From Bacillus subtilis subsp. subtilis str. 168 (GTDB taxonomy: Bacteria; Bacillota; Bacilli; Bacillales; Bacillaceae), in contig NC_000964.3 in the NCBI RefSeq assembly GCF_000009045.1, forward strand, positions 3,162,001 to 3,226,000: 64,000 nucleotides of DNA, written 5' to 3'. Within the stretch, counting starts at the first letter, position 1, and every line of letters begins with the position of its first letter. The notes under the pieces are model-generated. The model worked only from the letters and a program-made list of their open reading frames with translations, did no database searches and had not been told where the DNA came from. The position numbers and the translations under genes are program-made. This document shows positions 34,906-46,279 of the stretch, piece by piece.

Positions 34906-35892
34906 GTGATACGTTTTGCAATAATAGGAACCAACTGGATTACAGACCGCTTTCTTGAGTCAGCAGCGGATATCGAAGATTTTCAGCTGACTGCTGTTTA
35001 TTCAAGATCGGCTGAACGCGCTGGCGAGTTTGCTGCTAAACACAACGCTGCGCATGCCTTCTCAGACCTTCAGGAAATGGCGGCGAGCGATTGCTTTGAT
35101 GCCGTATACATAGCGAGCCCGAACGCTCTTCACAAGGAACAAGCCGTTCTCTTTATGAACCATGGCAAGCATGTGCTTTGTGAGAAGCCGTTTGCTTCGA
35201 ATACAAAAGAAACAGAAGAGATGATCTCAGCGGCTAAGGCAAACGGCGTTGTTCTCATGGAAGCAATGAAGACCACTTTCCTGCCGAATTTCAAAGAACT
35301 GAAAAAACACCTGCATAAAATCGGCACTGTCCGCAGATTTACCGCAAGCTACTGCCAGTATTCCTCACGATATGACGCGTTCAGAAGCGGAACTGTTTTG
35401 AATGCGTTTCAGCCTGAGCTTTCCAATGGGTCATTAATGGATATTGGCGTCTATTGTATTTATCCGGCTGTTGTGTTGTTTGGCGCGCCGAAGGATGTAA
35501 AAGCAAACGGATATGCTTTATCCTCCGGAGTGGACGGAGAAGGAACTGTCATTCTGTCTTACGACGGGTTCGAAGCTGTTCTGATGCATTCCAAAATCTC
35601 TACTTCCTATGCCCCGGCTGAAATCCAGGGTGAAGACGGGACGATTGTAATCGATACGATTCACCGGCCTGAACGTGTTGAAATCCGCTACCGGGACGGC
35701 CGCCTTGAAAACATCGCGATCCCTGATCCTAAACCGGCGATGTTCTATGAAGCAGAAGAATTTGTCACGCTTATAAAAGAGAATAAGCTGGAATCTGAAG
35801 AAAATACATTTGAACGGTCTTTGACCACCGCAAAAATTATGGAAGAAGCAAGAAAGCAAATGGGGATTGTATACCCTGCTGATCAAGCTTAA
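34906..35892 (+). CDS. iolU: Gfo/Idh/MocA oxidoreductase (scyllo-inositol dehydrogenase IolU/YulF)
   Basis: GTNWI Rossmann start; HVLCEKP; GSLMDIGVY. Confidence 0.82.
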   Translation: MIRFAIIGTNWITDRFLESAADIEDFQLTAVYSRSAERAGEFAAKHNAAHAFSDLQEMAASDCFDAVYIASPNALHKEQAVLFMNHGKHVLCEKPFASNTKETEEMISAAKANGVVLMEAMKTTFLPNFKELKKHLHKIGTVRRFTASYCQYSSRYDAFRSGTVLNAFQPELSNGSLMDIGVYCIYPAVVLFGAPKDVKANGYALSSGVDGEGTVILSYDGFEAVLMHSKISTSYAPAEIQGEDGTIVIDTIHRPERVEIRYRDGRLENIAIPDPKPAMFYEAEEFVTLIKENKLESEENTFERSLTTAKIMEEARKQMGIVYPADQA

Positions 35893-35931
35893 AAAAATCC
35901 GCCCGCGTGCAAATGCCGCGGCGGATTTTTT
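35891..35931. terminator. Bidirectional terminator iolU/rhaA
   Basis: A7-TCCGCC-CGCG...CGCG-GCGGA-T6. Confidence 0.8.
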
Positions 35932-35932
35932 A

Positions 35933-37207
35933 TTAGACAATCGGAGAAGATGCCTTCCTTTTTAAAAGCACCTGTTGCTCATATTCTTTGATGTCATAAA
36001 GCCATGCCTCTTTTACCGGAACGCCCATTTGCTCACAGTAGGAATCCCAGATGGCTCCGAAAGGATATGTTTTGAATTCCTCCATCAGGGCCAGCCTTTC
36101 TGTATAGCGGCCCTCTTCCTGCAATTGTTTTAAATATCCGTTCGGGAGAAGCAGGGCATACAATAAAGCTTTGATCATATTTCTCGTTCCGATGGTCCAG
36201 GCGGCTACACGGTTAATGCTGGCATCGAAAAAATCCAGACCGATGGCTACCTTCTCAAGAGCATGATTTCGTACAATTTCAAGAGCGATTTCTCTCAATT
36301 CATCATCCAAAACCACTACATGGTCGCTATCCCAACGAACAGGCCGCGATACGTGCAAGGCAAGCTTGTCTGTGTAAAGCAGCATGGACGAGATCTTGTT
36401 TGATACCGTCTCAGTCGGATGGAAATGGCCTGTATCAAGTAAACAAAGCTTATGATTCGTCAAAGCATAAGCTAAATAAAATTCATGAGATCCGACAACA
36501 TATGATTCGGAGCCAAGCCCGAACAGCTTGCTCTCGATTGAATCAAGATTATGTTGTTCACTGATCTCCTCTGAGAAGATCCGATCCAGTGATTCTTTTA
36601 GTCTTTTACGCGGTGTCAGCCTATCACTCGGGATATCCTTATAGCCGTCGGGAATCCAAATATTCGTCAAGCAAGGTGTTCCTAATTCTTTCCCGAAGTA
36701 TTCCCCGATACGGCGGCAAGCGATGCAATGCCTGATCCAAAATTCTCTGATGTCCGGATCAGGGTGTGAAAGGGTGAGTCCGTCAGCCGCTTTCTCATGC
36801 GAAAACAAGGTTGGATTAAAATCTAAACCGAGACCAAGGTTTTTTGCCCATTTCACCCAGTTTTCAAAATGCTGCGGCTTCAATTCGTCACGTTCTACCG
36901 CTTCCCTGTTTGTTTCTGCGTATATCGCATGCAGGTTTACGCGGTGCTTTCCAGGAATGAGAGAAAGAGCCTTCTCCAAATCTCTTCTTAATTCTTCAGG
37001 AGTTTGCGCTTTTCCGGGATAATTGCCGGTCACGTCAATTCCGCCTGAAAGCTCGCCCTTATTTACTTCAAAGCCTTCAATGTCGTCACCCTGCCAGCAG
37101 TGGATCGAAATGGGCACTTGCTCTAATTGCCGAAGCGCCTCTTCAACATCAATTCCCCATTTTTCATATGCCTGTTTTGCACTGTCATAATTGGCTTTTA
37201 TGGTCAT
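35933..37207 (-). CDS. rhaA: L-rhamnose isomerase
   Basis: [30 protein letters not shown]. Confidence 0.96.
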   Translation of the reverse strand: MTIKANYDSAKQAYEKWGIDVEEALRQLEQVPISIHCWQGDDIEGFEVNKGELSGGIDVTGNYPGKAQTPEELRRDLEKALSLIPGKHRVNLHAIYAETNREAVERDELKPQHFENWVKWAKNLGLGLDFNPTLFSHEKAADGLTLSHPDPDIREFWIRHCIACRRIGEYFGKELGTPCLTNIWIPDGYKDIPSDRLTPRKRLKESLDRIFSEEISEQHNLDSIESKLFGLGSESYVVGSHEFYLAYALTNHKLCLLDTGHFHPTETVSNKISSMLLYTDKLALHVSRPVRWDSDHVVVLDDELREIALEIVRNHALEKVAIGLDFFDASINRVAAWTIGTRNMIKALLYALLLPNGYLKQLQEEGRYTERLALMEEFKTYPFGAIWDSYCEQMGVPVKEAWLYDIKEYEQQVLLKRKASSPIV

Positions 37208-37232
37208 ACGGCTCTCTCCCTTTATCAGTTTT

Positions 37233-37547
37233 TCAATCCAAATAAAAAACTTCCTTTAGATCTATCGCAACAGGACTGAAATCCGAATTTGTTTTCATTA
37301 ATGGCGCCATCGATTTCCACCATCTTTGGCAAACTTCCGTGTCCGCCATCTTTCTCCATTTCTCTTCATCCTCTATTTCTAAATATGCAAAAAGCCTGCC
37401 TGTTTCCTCGTCTAGAAAAATGGAATAATGGTGTGCTCCATGAGCTTTGAGTGCTTCTGCCATCTCAGGCCAAATGTCATCATGCCGCTGTTTGTATTCT
37501 TCGTACTTGTCTTGATGGACAAACATGATACTGGCTTTTCTTTTCAA
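37233..37547 (-). CDS. rhaM: L-rhamnose mutarotase
   Basis: [23 protein letters not shown]. Confidence 0.93.
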   Translation of the reverse strand: MKRKASIMFVHQDKYEEYKQRHDDIWPEMAEALKAHGAHHYSIFLDEETGRLFAYLEIEDEEKWRKMADTEVCQRWWKSMAPLMKTNSDFSPVAIDLKEVFYLD

Positions 37548-37564
37548 ACCTTTTCACCTCTTCA

Positions 37565-39022
37565 TCATTTAGATAGCGCTTTCAAAACAGTTTGCTGAAA
37601 TGACTGAATGATCGTGCTTCTATCAATGTCTTTAGGTGTAAACACTTTGATCGGAAAGGAATTTCTGACGACTTGCCGGGCTTCTTTTATGTCTTTGACT
37701 TCTTTGGCAGCAATCATTTGCATCAAAAGATTTCCGGTGGCAGTTGCCTCTATCGGCCCTGCATATACCGCTTTTCCACTCATGTCTGCCGTTAATTGAT
37801 TTAAGAAATCATTCCGGGCTCCGCCGCCGATGATATGAAATTGCTCGATCGGTTTTTCTGTGATTGTTTCGAGCTCTTTGATGGCTATCGCATAGATGAT
37901 GGCTAAATTGCTGTAGATGCAGCAGGCAAGTTCGCCTGCAGTACGGGGAATCTTTTGGCGGGTTTGTCTGCAATAATGTTGTATTTCCTTTATCATGTTT
38001 TCTGGATTCAGGAAACGTTTATCATTTAAGTTTATAAATTGCTGGAATGGTTCTGTTTTTTTGGCTTCTTCTGCAAGCTGCTGAAAAGAATAATCTGCTT
38101 GTAGCTGCTGTTTGACTTCTTGTATCACCCACATGCCGATAATGTTTTTGAGAAAGCGAATGGTGTTGTTTGCGCCGCGTTCATTTGTATAGTTGTTTTC
38201 TAAAGCAAGATCAGTTATTATCGGTGTTTTGTTTTCAACCCCGATTAACGACCATGTTCCGCTGCTGATATACGCCCAGCCATCATTTACGCCTGGCGCC
38301 GCAATGACGGCCGAGGCCGTATCATGTGTTGCGACTGTCATCACCTTGCACGCCGGGAGATCATAATCCGGGAACCACTCATTTCTTAGCTTCCCGAGTT
38401 CACACCCCGGTTCAGTGAGCGGCGCAAATTGCTGTTCCAGAACAGACACGGCTTCAAGCAATTCAGGATCAAGATTTCCCGTTGAGACGTTTAAAAGCTG
38501 TGTTGTGGACACGTTTGTGATTTCCGTTACAGCTTTTCCGGTTAAACAATAGCCTAAATAATCAGGAATCATCATAATTTTGTCTGTCTTTTTCAGCAGC
38601 TCACGGTCTTCTTCAAACAATTGATAGATCGTGTTGAAAGGCTGAAATTGTATTCCTGTTTTTTGATAAATTGCGGCTTTTGAGAGGGTATGTTCCAGTT
38701 TGTCTATTGTGTGATCTGTTCTTCTATCACGGTAGGAGATTGCTTCCCGCAACCGATCGCCTTTTTCGTCCAGTAAGACATAATCGACTGCCCATGTATC
38801 AATGCCTACGGTGCAGTGTTCATACCCAAGCGTCTTTACTTTTTGCAGTCCTTGCAGGATTTGTTTTAGCAAATGATCAATATCCCATAAGCAATGCCCG
38901 TCTCTTTGACTGAAACCGTTAGCGAACCTGTGAATCTCTTGTATGTCAAGCTTCCCTTCATTCAGTTCACCTACCATGATTCTCCCGCTTGATGCGCCTA
39001 CATCAATGGCAGTATAAATCAT
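37565..39022 (-). CDS. rhaB: Rhamnulokinase (FGGY family)
   Basis: IDVGASSGR, GIDTWAVDY, ISSGTWSL, GPIEATATGN. Confidence 0.95.
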   Translation of the reverse strand: MIYTAIDVGASSGRIMVGELNEGKLDIQEIHRFANGFSQRDGHCLWDIDHLLKQILQGLQKVKTLGYEHCTVGIDTWAVDYVLLDEKGDRLREAISYRDRRTDHTIDKLEHTLSKAAIYQKTGIQFQPFNTIYQLFEEDRELLKKTDKIMMIPDYLGYCLTGKAVTEITNVSTTQLLNVSTGNLDPELLEAVSVLEQQFAPLTEPGCELGKLRNEWFPDYDLPACKVMTVATHDTASAVIAAPGVNDGWAYISSGTWSLIGVENKTPIITDLALENNYTNERGANNTIRFLKNIIGMWVIQEVKQQLQADYSFQQLAEEAKKTEPFQQFINLNDKRFLNPENMIKEIQHYCRQTRQKIPRTAGELACCIYSNLAIIYAIAIKELETITEKPIEQFHIIGGGARNDFLNQLTADMSGKAVYAGPIEATATGNLLMQMIAAKEVKDIKEARQVVRNSFPIKVFTPKDIDRSTIIQSFQQTVLKALSK

Positions 39023-39026
39023 CCTT

Positions 39027-39803
39027 TCACCCTCTCTTCGAAAGAGGAACAGCTGTCACCTTCACCTTTTTGTCCTCAAGAGCTTTTACCGATGCCGGAT
39101 CAAGTCCAGAATCCGTAATAAGGCGGCTGACATCTTGCAGCGAGGCGATATGTGAAAACTCGCGGTTCCCCCATTTGCTTGAATCGGCCATCAAAATGGT
39201 CTGGTCCGACCTTTCGATCATCCGTTTTTTGAGCAGCGCCTGCCACTCATTTGAATCACTCATCCCGTTGTGTACGTCAAATCCCTTACATGACAGAAAG
39301 GTTTTATTGACATGATAGGTCTCAAGTGAACGCTCTGCTAACGGGCCGGCAAATGATAATGATTTTTCCAGCAAAATGCCGCCTGTTGAAATGACTGATA
39401 TGTTTTCTTTATTGCTGAGTTCAATAGCTGCTTTCATTGAGTTTGTAATCACGGTGAGCTCAATGTCAGGGAGTATTTTTGCCATGTACCAAGCGGTTGT
39501 GCTTGCATCGAGAATGATTCGGTCTCCGCTTTTTACATATTTGGCCGCTTCGTGAGCGATGGCTTTTTTTTCGATGACATTCGTGATTTCCCGTTCAGAA
39601 AAATGAATTTCTGATTCCTTCTGCTGAATACTGACCGCTCCTCCGTGGCTCCGGCTCAGTTTATGTTCTTTTTCAAGCTTTTCAAGATCACGCCGAATGG
39701 TTTCCTCTGTGACTGAAAAAATGTCACTTAATTCGGAAACGCGGATGCTTGAACGCATATTTACTATTTCCACTATTTTTTGCTGCCGTTCTGCTACTAG
39801 CAT
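39027..39803 (-). CDS. rhaR: DeoR-family repressor of the rhamnose operon
   Basis: VTEETIRRDL HTH; LDASTT sensor motif. Confidence 0.92.
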   Translation of the reverse strand: MLVAERQQKIVEIVNMRSSIRVSELSDIFSVTEETIRRDLEKLEKEHKLSRSHGGAVSIQQKESEIHFSEREITNVIEKKAIAHEAAKYVKSGDRIILDASTTAWYMAKILPDIELTVITNSMKAAIELSNKENISVISTGGILLEKSLSFAGPLAERSLETYHVNKTFLSCKGFDVHNGMSDSNEWQALLKKRMIERSDQTILMADSSKWGNREFSHIASLQDVSRLITDSGLDPASVKALEDKKVKVTAVPLSKRG

Positions 39804-39859
39804 CGGTAACGCCCTTCCTCATATCGTAGTCCGTCTTATATTTTTATCATAGCATATAT

Positions 39860-41929
39860 CTAACGCGTAAAAGCAGCAGGGACGCCGCCGTCTACCGTGA
39901 TCATGCAGCCCGTTGTTTTTTCGGCTTTGGAAGAAGCGAAGAATGCAATGGCTTCGGCAATATCCTCCGGGTAAATATTGACGAGCAATGCTGTCCGTTT
40001 CCGGTAATGTTCCTCCAGCTGATCCGGTTCAATCCCGTACGCCGCGGCTCGTTCCTCACGCCAGCTTGAACCCCAGATTGCCGATCCTTGAAGAACTGCA
40101 TCAGGCAAAACGGAGTTGACCCTAATGCCGAATTCTCCGCCTTCTGCTGCGATGCATCTTGCTAAATGGGTTTCAAGCGCCTTAACAGAGCTGTAGGCAG
40201 AGGCGTTTTTTCCCGCATAAACTGAATTTTTCGATCCGACAAATACCATGCTTCCGCCTCTATTTTGATGTTTCATCTGTTTAAACGCTTCACGGGCTAC
40301 AAGGAAATAGCCTGTTCCTAAAACATTCATATTAAGATTCCATTCTTTTAGACTTGTTTCGTCAAATGGGCTTGATGTGGCCAGCCCGGCATTATTGACG
40401 ACGATATCAATGCCGCCGTAAGCAAGCGCCGCTCGTTCAAAAGCTGACTGTACGTCTTCCTCCTTTGTCACATCCATTTTGACAGCCATTGCCCGTCCTT
40501 TTCCGTATGCATCGTTTATTTCCCCGGCAATTTTCTGTGCGCCTTCTATATTCAGATCAGCTACGATCACGTGCCCTCCCTCAGCTGCAAATCGGCGGCA
40601 TGCCGCACTGCCGATTCCGCCGGCTCCTCCAGTTATCAGCGCTACTTTTCGGGAAAATTCTGCTTCCGGCGGGGCCAGCGTGAGTTTATATAGTTCGAGC
40701 GGCCAATATTCGACATGGTAGGACTCATTTTCATGTAAAGAAACAAATTGCCCCAGAGCGGTTGCTCCTTTCATTACGGCGATGGCCCTCCGATATAAAG
40801 CCCCGCTTACTTTAGACATCGCATAACTTTTTCCTGTATTCACCATTCCGATTCCAGGAATCAATATCACCCGCGGGGCGGATTCAAAGATTTGATCCCC
40901 ATCCTGCTGATTGCGTGTAAAGTAAGCCTGATACTCTGATGTAAAGGTCTCGACTCCTGACTTGATCAGATCTGCAAGCTTGTGCACATCTTGAGTTTCC
41001 GGATTCCAATCAATGTACAGCGGAACCCGTTTTGTGTGAACAAGGTGATCCGGGCATGCCGCACCGATTTGCGAAAGTGCTGGCGCTTGGACACTGTTTA
41101 CAAATTCCAAGACATCGTCATGATCATCATAGGAAAGGATCATTTTCTTTTCTTCACTTACTGCTCCTCTGATCACAGGCATGATGCCTGCCAAGATTTG
41201 TTTTCTTTTATCCTCCGGCAGCGGCTGATACCTTTTGCCTCCGAATACCTCATGCTGATTGATACGATCGTTAATATACTGCTCGGCTTCTTGAATGATG
41301 GATATCGTTTTTTGATAACATGTTTCAGACGTCTCTCCCCAAGTGACTAAGCCGTGTTTCTCCATTAATACAAGCTCGGCGTGGGGGTTGTTTGCTACGC
41401 CTTCAGCGATCATTTTAGACAAAGTAAATCCAGGACGGACGTATGGCACCCATACAAACCGATTTCCGTAAATGTCTTCAGCGATTTGTTTTCCATTATC
41501 CGCACAGCATATGCTGATAATCGCATCTGGATGGGTATGGTCAACATGTTTGTATGGCAGAAAAGCGTGTAATAGCGTTTCAATTGAAGGGCGGGGATGT
41601 TTGCTGTCTATCATACAATGAGACAGGTAGTCTACCATTTCTTCATCGGGCATTTGGTCCCTTTTAATCAGCGGGCGGATATCATCTAATTTCAAACCGG
41701 AAAAGTTATGCGCTTTCATTGTTGCCAAATCCGATCCGCTTCCTTTTACCCACATGACTTCTATTTCACGGCCTCTAAAATCCTTTTCCGTTGTTTTCAT
41801 AGATGTATTCCCCCCGCCCCAGTTGCAGACAGTGCGGTCTGACCCGATCAGATTGGACCTGTACACCAATTCCTCTACACCTTTAGGTAGCTGTGCAGCT
41901 CGCTCTGAATCCCATATATGTTTCACCAT
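39860..41929 (-). CDS. rhaEW: Bifunctional rhamnulose-1-P aldolase / SDR dehydrogenase
   Basis: Class II aldolase N-terminus (GGGNTS, HTHPD, KHG) fused to an SDR (TGGAGGIG, NNAG, YSSVK). Confidence 0.92.
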   Translation of the reverse strand: MVKHIWDSERAAQLPKGVEELVYRSNLIGSDRTVCNWGGGNTSMKTTEKDFRGREIEVMWVKGSGSDLATMKAHNFSGLKLDDIRPLIKRDQMPDEEMVDYLSHCMIDSKHPRPSIETLLHAFLPYKHVDHTHPDAIISICCADNGKQIAEDIYGNRFVWVPYVRPGFTLSKMIAEGVANNPHAELVLMEKHGLVTWGETSETCYQKTISIIQEAEQYINDRINQHEVFGGKRYQPLPEDKRKQILAGIMPVIRGAVSEEKKMILSYDDHDDVLEFVNSVQAPALSQIGAACPDHLVHTKRVPLYIDWNPETQDVHKLADLIKSGVETFTSEYQAYFTRNQQDGDQIFESAPRVILIPGIGMVNTGKSYAMSKVSGALYRRAIAVMKGATALGQFVSLHENESYHVEYWPLELYKLTLAPPEAEFSRKVALITGGAGGIGSAACRRFAAEGGHVIVADLNIEGAQKIAGEINDAYGKGRAMAVKMDVTKEEDVQSAFERAALAYGGIDIVVNNAGLATSSPFDETSLKEWNLNMNVLGTGYFLVAREAFKQMKHQNRGGSMVFVGSKNSVYAGKNASAYSSVKALETHLARCIAAEGGEFGIRVNSVLPDAVLQGSAIWGSSWREERAAAYGIEPDQLEEHYRKRTALLVNIYPEDIAEAIAFFASSKAEKTTGCMITVDGGVPAAFTR

Positions 41930-41957
41930 ATTTGATATTCCTCCATACCCTTTTATT

Positions 41958-41971
41958 TGTATCCGTTTTCA
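41958..41971 (-). promoter_or_regulatory. cre site at the rha promoter
   Basis: TGAAAACGGATACA immediately downstream of the -10. Confidence 0.75.
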
Positions 41972-42018
41972 TTATATATGATTTCTGTTTGTTTTTGAAT
42001 CGTTTTTGTTTATTTTTG
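41971..42018 (-). promoter_or_regulatory. sigmaA promoter with tandem direct repeats (probable RhaR operator)
   Basis: TTCAAA-17-TATAAT; CAAAAATAAACA (42018-07) and CAAAAACAAACA (41997-86), 21-bp period. Confidence 0.7.
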
Positions 42019-42027
42019 CTTTTTAAC

Positions 42028-42059
42028 AAAAAAAGAAAGCAGCAGATATGCCGCTTTCT
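42028..42059 (-). terminator. tlpB terminator
   Basis: AGAAAGCGGC-atatct-GCTGCTTTC-T8 on the minus strand. Confidence 0.8.
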
Positions 42060-42066
42060 CGTTTCA

Positions 42067-44055
42067 TTATGATTCTATTTTAAATTTCTTCGTAATGTCC
42101 TGAAGTTCTTCCGCCATGTTTGCCAACGTTTCCGCTGAAGAGCTGATTTCTTCCATGGACGCAAGCTGTTCTTCCGCCGAAGCTGCGATATCCTGAATGC
42201 CTGCTGAGCTTTCTTTCGCCACTGCAGAAATATCTTCAACAGCACTTGACACTTCCTGTGATCCGGCTGACAGTTGTTCAACCGTCGCGTTCAAGTTTTG
42301 CAATTCGCCGGAAATTTGGGTTGTCATCTCATAGATTTGTTTAAAGCTTTCCGCTGTTTGATCCGTAATCTGCAAGCCTTCTTTCACTTCATGATTCACG
42401 GATTGGAACATTGAAAGTGAGGTGCTGATTTCCCTGACAATCTCTTGAATTAATCCTTCAATTTCCTTGGCGGAGTCTGCTGATTGTACAGCAAGTTTTC
42501 TAACCTCTTCCGCAACTACTGAGAAACCTCTTCCGTATTCTCCCGCTCTTGCCGCCTCAATCGCAGCATTTAATGCAAGCAGGTTGGTTTGATCAGCAAT
42601 GCCGTTAATCACATTCAAGATGCTTGTGATGTCTTGCGATTTTGTTTCAAGGCCCTTCACAACCGCTTCCGCTTTTTGAACGGATTGGTCAATTGTTTTC
42701 ATCTGGCCGACTGTATGCTCCACCAGCTTTTCTCCGCTGCCCGCTGCCTCAGAGGACTGAATCGATGATTTCGTAATGGTTGAAGAGGCTTGAGCCACTT
42801 TTGAAATCCCCTCGTTCATTTGAGAAAGATGATTTGAGCTTGTTTCCAGTTTCTCGCTTTGTGCCTCGTTGCCATCTGAGAACTGTTCGATGGCAAGTGT
42901 AATATGTTCAGTTGCCTTGCTTGTTTGGGCTGCGCTTGCTGTCAGCTCCTCAGAAGATGAAGCGACGTTTTCTACAGACGTTTGAATAACGCCTATTACA
43001 GAACGCAATGATGCAGACATTTCATTAAAGCTTTCGCCAAGCTGGCCAAACTCGTTTTTCGAGTGAATGTCAATGACTTCTGTGAGATCTCCGCTGCTGA
43101 TTTTTGCAGACGTTGAGACAAGTTTTCTTAACGGCTTGGTGATGGCACGGATAATATAGAGTATGAGTATGCCGCCGATTACTATTGACACGCATAGAAT
43201 GATAACCGCAGTGTTCAGCACCGGGCTTGAAGCATCTTGCAATTCACTGACAAAATATGTGCCCGCGATTTTCCAGCCAGTCAGTTTATTTGTCGTAAAG
43301 GCCATTTTCTTTTCTTTGCCTTCGAATGTATATTCAAATGAGCCTTCTTTTTTGGAATATACTTGGTTTGTCCAATCGCCGGAACCGGTTGTCCCCGGCT
43401 TAATGGTCGGATGGGCGATATATTTTTTGTTGCCTGTCGTAATAAATGCAAAGCCTTCTTTTCCGATTTTGATTCTTTTTGATGCAGTAAGCACTTCATC
43501 CAGGTTTAAATCTAGCGCTATAACCCCTGAACCGTCTTTTAATTGTTTTGAAATTGTGACAACGATATCTCCTGTCGCTTCATCGGTATACGGTTCTGAG
43601 AAAACAGCTTGTCCTTTTTCCGCAACCGCCTGTTTGTACCAGTCACGTCCTGTCGGATCGAAACCTTTCGGAACACCGCTATCCGGATATTTATAAAGCT
43701 TCTTATCTTCTGAGGCAGCATAGATTGCGCCTACATCGTCGTTAAGTGTCGTGTACTGCTTAAATTTCTCTTTCAGTAATGTTTTGTTTTTGCCTAACAA
43801 TATGTCTTTATCGACTGTCTCACTATAATAATCTATTGCTTTTACTTTATCTTCTAATTTATTTTGCAGCGTACTGTTTAGTTCTTCAACATTTCCCTTC
43901 GCACTGCTTATGAGCTCTCTGTCTAACGCGTTCCAAGCTGATTGATAACTGAAATATGCTAAAACCCCAACCGGCAAAATAAGCACTGCCAGAAACGCAG
44001 CGATTAGCGGTTTGCTGATCGATGGCTGTTTGATCCATTGTATGAATTTTCCCAT
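42067..44055 (-). CDS. tlpB: Methyl-accepting chemotaxis protein TlpB
   Basis: TM-dCache-TM-HAMP-MCP signal ([18 protein letters not shown]). Confidence 0.92.
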   Translation of the reverse strand: MGKFIQWIKQPSISKPLIAAFLAVLILPVGVLAYFSYQSAWNALDRELISSAKGNVEELNSTLQNKLEDKVKAIDYYSETVDKDILLGKNKTLLKEKFKQYTTLNDDVGAIYAASEDKKLYKYPDSGVPKGFDPTGRDWYKQAVAEKGQAVFSEPYTDEATGDIVVTISKQLKDGSGVIALDLNLDEVLTASKRIKIGKEGFAFITTGNKKYIAHPTIKPGTTGSGDWTNQVYSKKEGSFEYTFEGKEKKMAFTTNKLTGWKIAGTYFVSELQDASSPVLNTAVIILCVSIVIGGILILYIIRAITKPLRKLVSTSAKISSGDLTEVIDIHSKNEFGQLGESFNEMSASLRSVIGVIQTSVENVASSSEELTASAAQTSKATEHITLAIEQFSDGNEAQSEKLETSSNHLSQMNEGISKVAQASSTITKSSIQSSEAAGSGEKLVEHTVGQMKTIDQSVQKAEAVVKGLETKSQDITSILNVINGIADQTNLLALNAAIEAARAGEYGRGFSVVAEEVRKLAVQSADSAKEIEGLIQEIVREISTSLSMFQSVNHEVKEGLQITDQTAESFKQIYEMTTQISGELQNLNATVEQLSAGSQEVSSAVEDISAVAKESSAGIQDIAASAEEQLASMEEISSSAETLANMAEELQDITKKFKIES

Positions 44056-44086
44056 TCTCGTTGACTCCTCCTTTAAGATAAATCTA

Positions 44087-44114
44087 ATATCGTCAAACTA
44101 GGATAAAAGGTTTA
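44087..44114 (-). promoter_or_regulatory. sigmaD promoter of tlpB
   Basis: TAAA-N16-GACGATAT. Confidence 0.7.
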
Positions 44115-44125
44115 ATAAAAAAACT

Positions 44126-44160
44126 AAAAAAAACACCCAAGCGCAACAAGCTTGGGTGTT
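44126..44160 (-). terminator. mcpA terminator
   Basis: AACACCCAAGC...GCTTGGGTGTT with a minus-strand U-tract. Confidence 0.85.
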
Positions 44161-44168
44161 AAGGCTTA

Positions 44169-46154
44169 TTATTCAATTTTAAATCGTTTGGTCATATCCC
44201 GAAGCTCTTCCGCCATAGAGGAAAGGGTCTCTGCAGACGAGCTGATTTCTTCCATGGAAGCTAGCTGCTCTTCAGCTGACGCCGCGATATCTTGTATATG
44301 CGCTGAGCTTTCTTTTGAAATCGATGCAATGTGCTCAGACGCTCCCGAAACTTCTTCGGAGCTGGCAGAAAGCTGCTGAACCGTCGCACTCATATTTTGC
44401 AGTTCGCCGGCGATTTGGTTCGTCATTTCAGAAATGCGTTTGAAGCTCATTTCTGTTTTATCTGTGATGTCAAGTCCTGTCTGCACCTCTTGATTGACAG
44501 ATTGGAACATGCCGAGTGATGTATTGATTTCCTTCACAATTTCGATGATTAATCCTTCAATCTCTTTTGCTGAATCTGCTGACTGTACTGCCAGTTTTCT
44601 TACTTCTTCCGCTACAACGGAGAAGCCGCGGCCGTACTCGCCTGCGCGCGCTGCTTCAATTGCTGCGTTTAAGGCAAGCAGGTTCGTCTGGTCTGCGATG
44701 CCGTTGATCACACGCAAAATGTTTGTAATATCTTTCGATTTCGTTTCCAATCCGCGTACGACTTGCTCCGCTTCTTTAACGGACTTGTCAATGACATTCA
44801 TTTGGCCGACGGTTTGATGAACAAGCTTGCCGCCTTCACTTGCAATTTCTGTCGATTGAACAGATGAATCAGTGATCACTTCAGAAGCTTGAGCCATATT
44901 CGTCAACCCGTCATTCATTTGATAAATGTGCTCTGCTGCCGTTTCAATGTTTTCGTTTTGTTTTTCATTGCCGTTAGAAAATTGTTCAATCGCCAATGTA
45001 ATGTGCTCTGTTGCCTTGCTCGTTTGCGCAGCTGATGCAGTCAGCTCCTCAGAGGAAGCGGCAACATTGTCTACCGAATCCTGGATGGCGTGTATGAGAG
45101 AACGAAGTGACGACGCCATATTGTTAAAGCTTTTGCCGAGCTCGCCCAATTCATCTTTTGAACGGATATCAATGGTTTCCGTCAAATCTCCCTCGCTGAT
45201 CCGCTTAGAGGAACCGACAAGCTGTTTCAGCGGTGTTGTAATCGACCGAATGATCAATGTCATGACGATAATCCCTATGATAATAGCTGCGGCCAAGACA
45301 ATTAAAGCAAGGTGAAGGACAGGCTGGGCTGCCTCATGGATTTCATCCAAATACATGGTGCCGCCGATCTTCCATCCCGTCAACTTGTTTGTGTCAAAGG
45401 CCATTTTTTTCTTATCGCCATCCATGGTGTATTGAAAATCGCCTTTATCAGCACTCAACATCTTATCGAGCCAGTCGCCTTTTAATTCAGTTCCTGATTG
45501 TTCATTAGGGTGTGCGACAACTTTTTTGTCCTTCGTCATGATAAATGCGTAGCCTTGTGTGCCGATGTTGACTTTTTTGGTTGTTTTCAGCAGATTTTCA
45601 ATCGTCATGTTGATTGCGATAACGCCTGAACCATCTTTTGTCTGCTGGGCGATTGTCACAACCATCGTATTTGTCGACGCGGTTTTATAAGGGTCTGTGA
45701 TCACGACTTTCCCTTTATTTGCAACCGCTTTTTTGTACCAGTCGCGTTCAACCGGATTATAGCCGCTTGGCATCGGAAGATCCGGATAGCGGGTAAAGTG
45801 CCCTTTTGTGTCACTTGTATAAATGGATTCTACATCCTTGTTAATGCTGATATATTGTGAGAATTTCTCTGCAATGCTTGCATTGCTTTTTGCATTGTAT
45901 TTCTCTTTTGTCAGCCATTCGCTGAAATAATCAGCACTGTTTTCTTTTTCGCCGATGCTGGTGTTAATGATTTCGTTTAATTGCTGTACATTTTCCAATG
46001 CGCTCCCCATCATCTGTCTGTCGAGTGAGCTGCTAGCCGATTGATACGCAAAGATCGCCAATATGACAACCGGTATGATGAGGATCGACAGAAAGGAAAC
46101 GAGAAGCTTCCGTGTAATTGATCTTTGTTTTATGAGTTGGAGTATTTTTTTCAT
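44169..46154 (-). CDS. mcpA: Methyl-accepting chemotaxis protein McpA
   Basis: Same architecture; start is one of two adjacent ATGs (46157 or 46154). Confidence 0.92.
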   Translation of the reverse strand: MKKILQLIKQRSITRKLLVSFLSILIIPVVILAIFAYQSASSSLDRQMMGSALENVQQLNEIINTSIGEKENSADYFSEWLTKEKYNAKSNASIAEKFSQYISINKDVESIYTSDTKGHFTRYPDLPMPSGYNPVERDWYKKAVANKGKVVITDPYKTASTNTMVVTIAQQTKDGSGVIAINMTIENLLKTTKKVNIGTQGYAFIMTKDKKVVAHPNEQSGTELKGDWLDKMLSADKGDFQYTMDGDKKKMAFDTNKLTGWKIGGTMYLDEIHEAAQPVLHLALIVLAAAIIIGIIVMTLIIRSITTPLKQLVGSSKRISEGDLTETIDIRSKDELGELGKSFNNMASSLRSLIHAIQDSVDNVAASSEELTASAAQTSKATEHITLAIEQFSNGNEKQNENIETAAEHIYQMNDGLTNMAQASEVITDSSVQSTEIASEGGKLVHQTVGQMNVIDKSVKEAEQVVRGLETKSKDITNILRVINGIADQTNLLALNAAIEAARAGEYGRGFSVVAEEVRKLAVQSADSAKEIEGLIIEIVKEINTSLGMFQSVNQEVQTGLDITDKTEMSFKRISEMTNQIAGELQNMSATVQQLSASSEEVSGASEHIASISKESSAHIQDIAASAEEQLASMEEISSSAETLSSMAEELRDMTKRFKIE

Positions 46155-46185
46155 CATTCATTTCTCCTTTTTTATGCTACCCTTC

Positions 46186-46193
46186 ATATCGGC
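46186..46193 (-). promoter_or_regulatory. sigmaD -10 of mcpA
   Basis: Exact GCCGATAT. Confidence 0.75.
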
Positions 46194-46279
46194 TGGAAAT
46201 GGGTAAATATATACAGCAAAAAAGAAGAAATTTAACAAAAGTAACTAATTTCCCATAAATAAATAGTATTTTAGACCTA

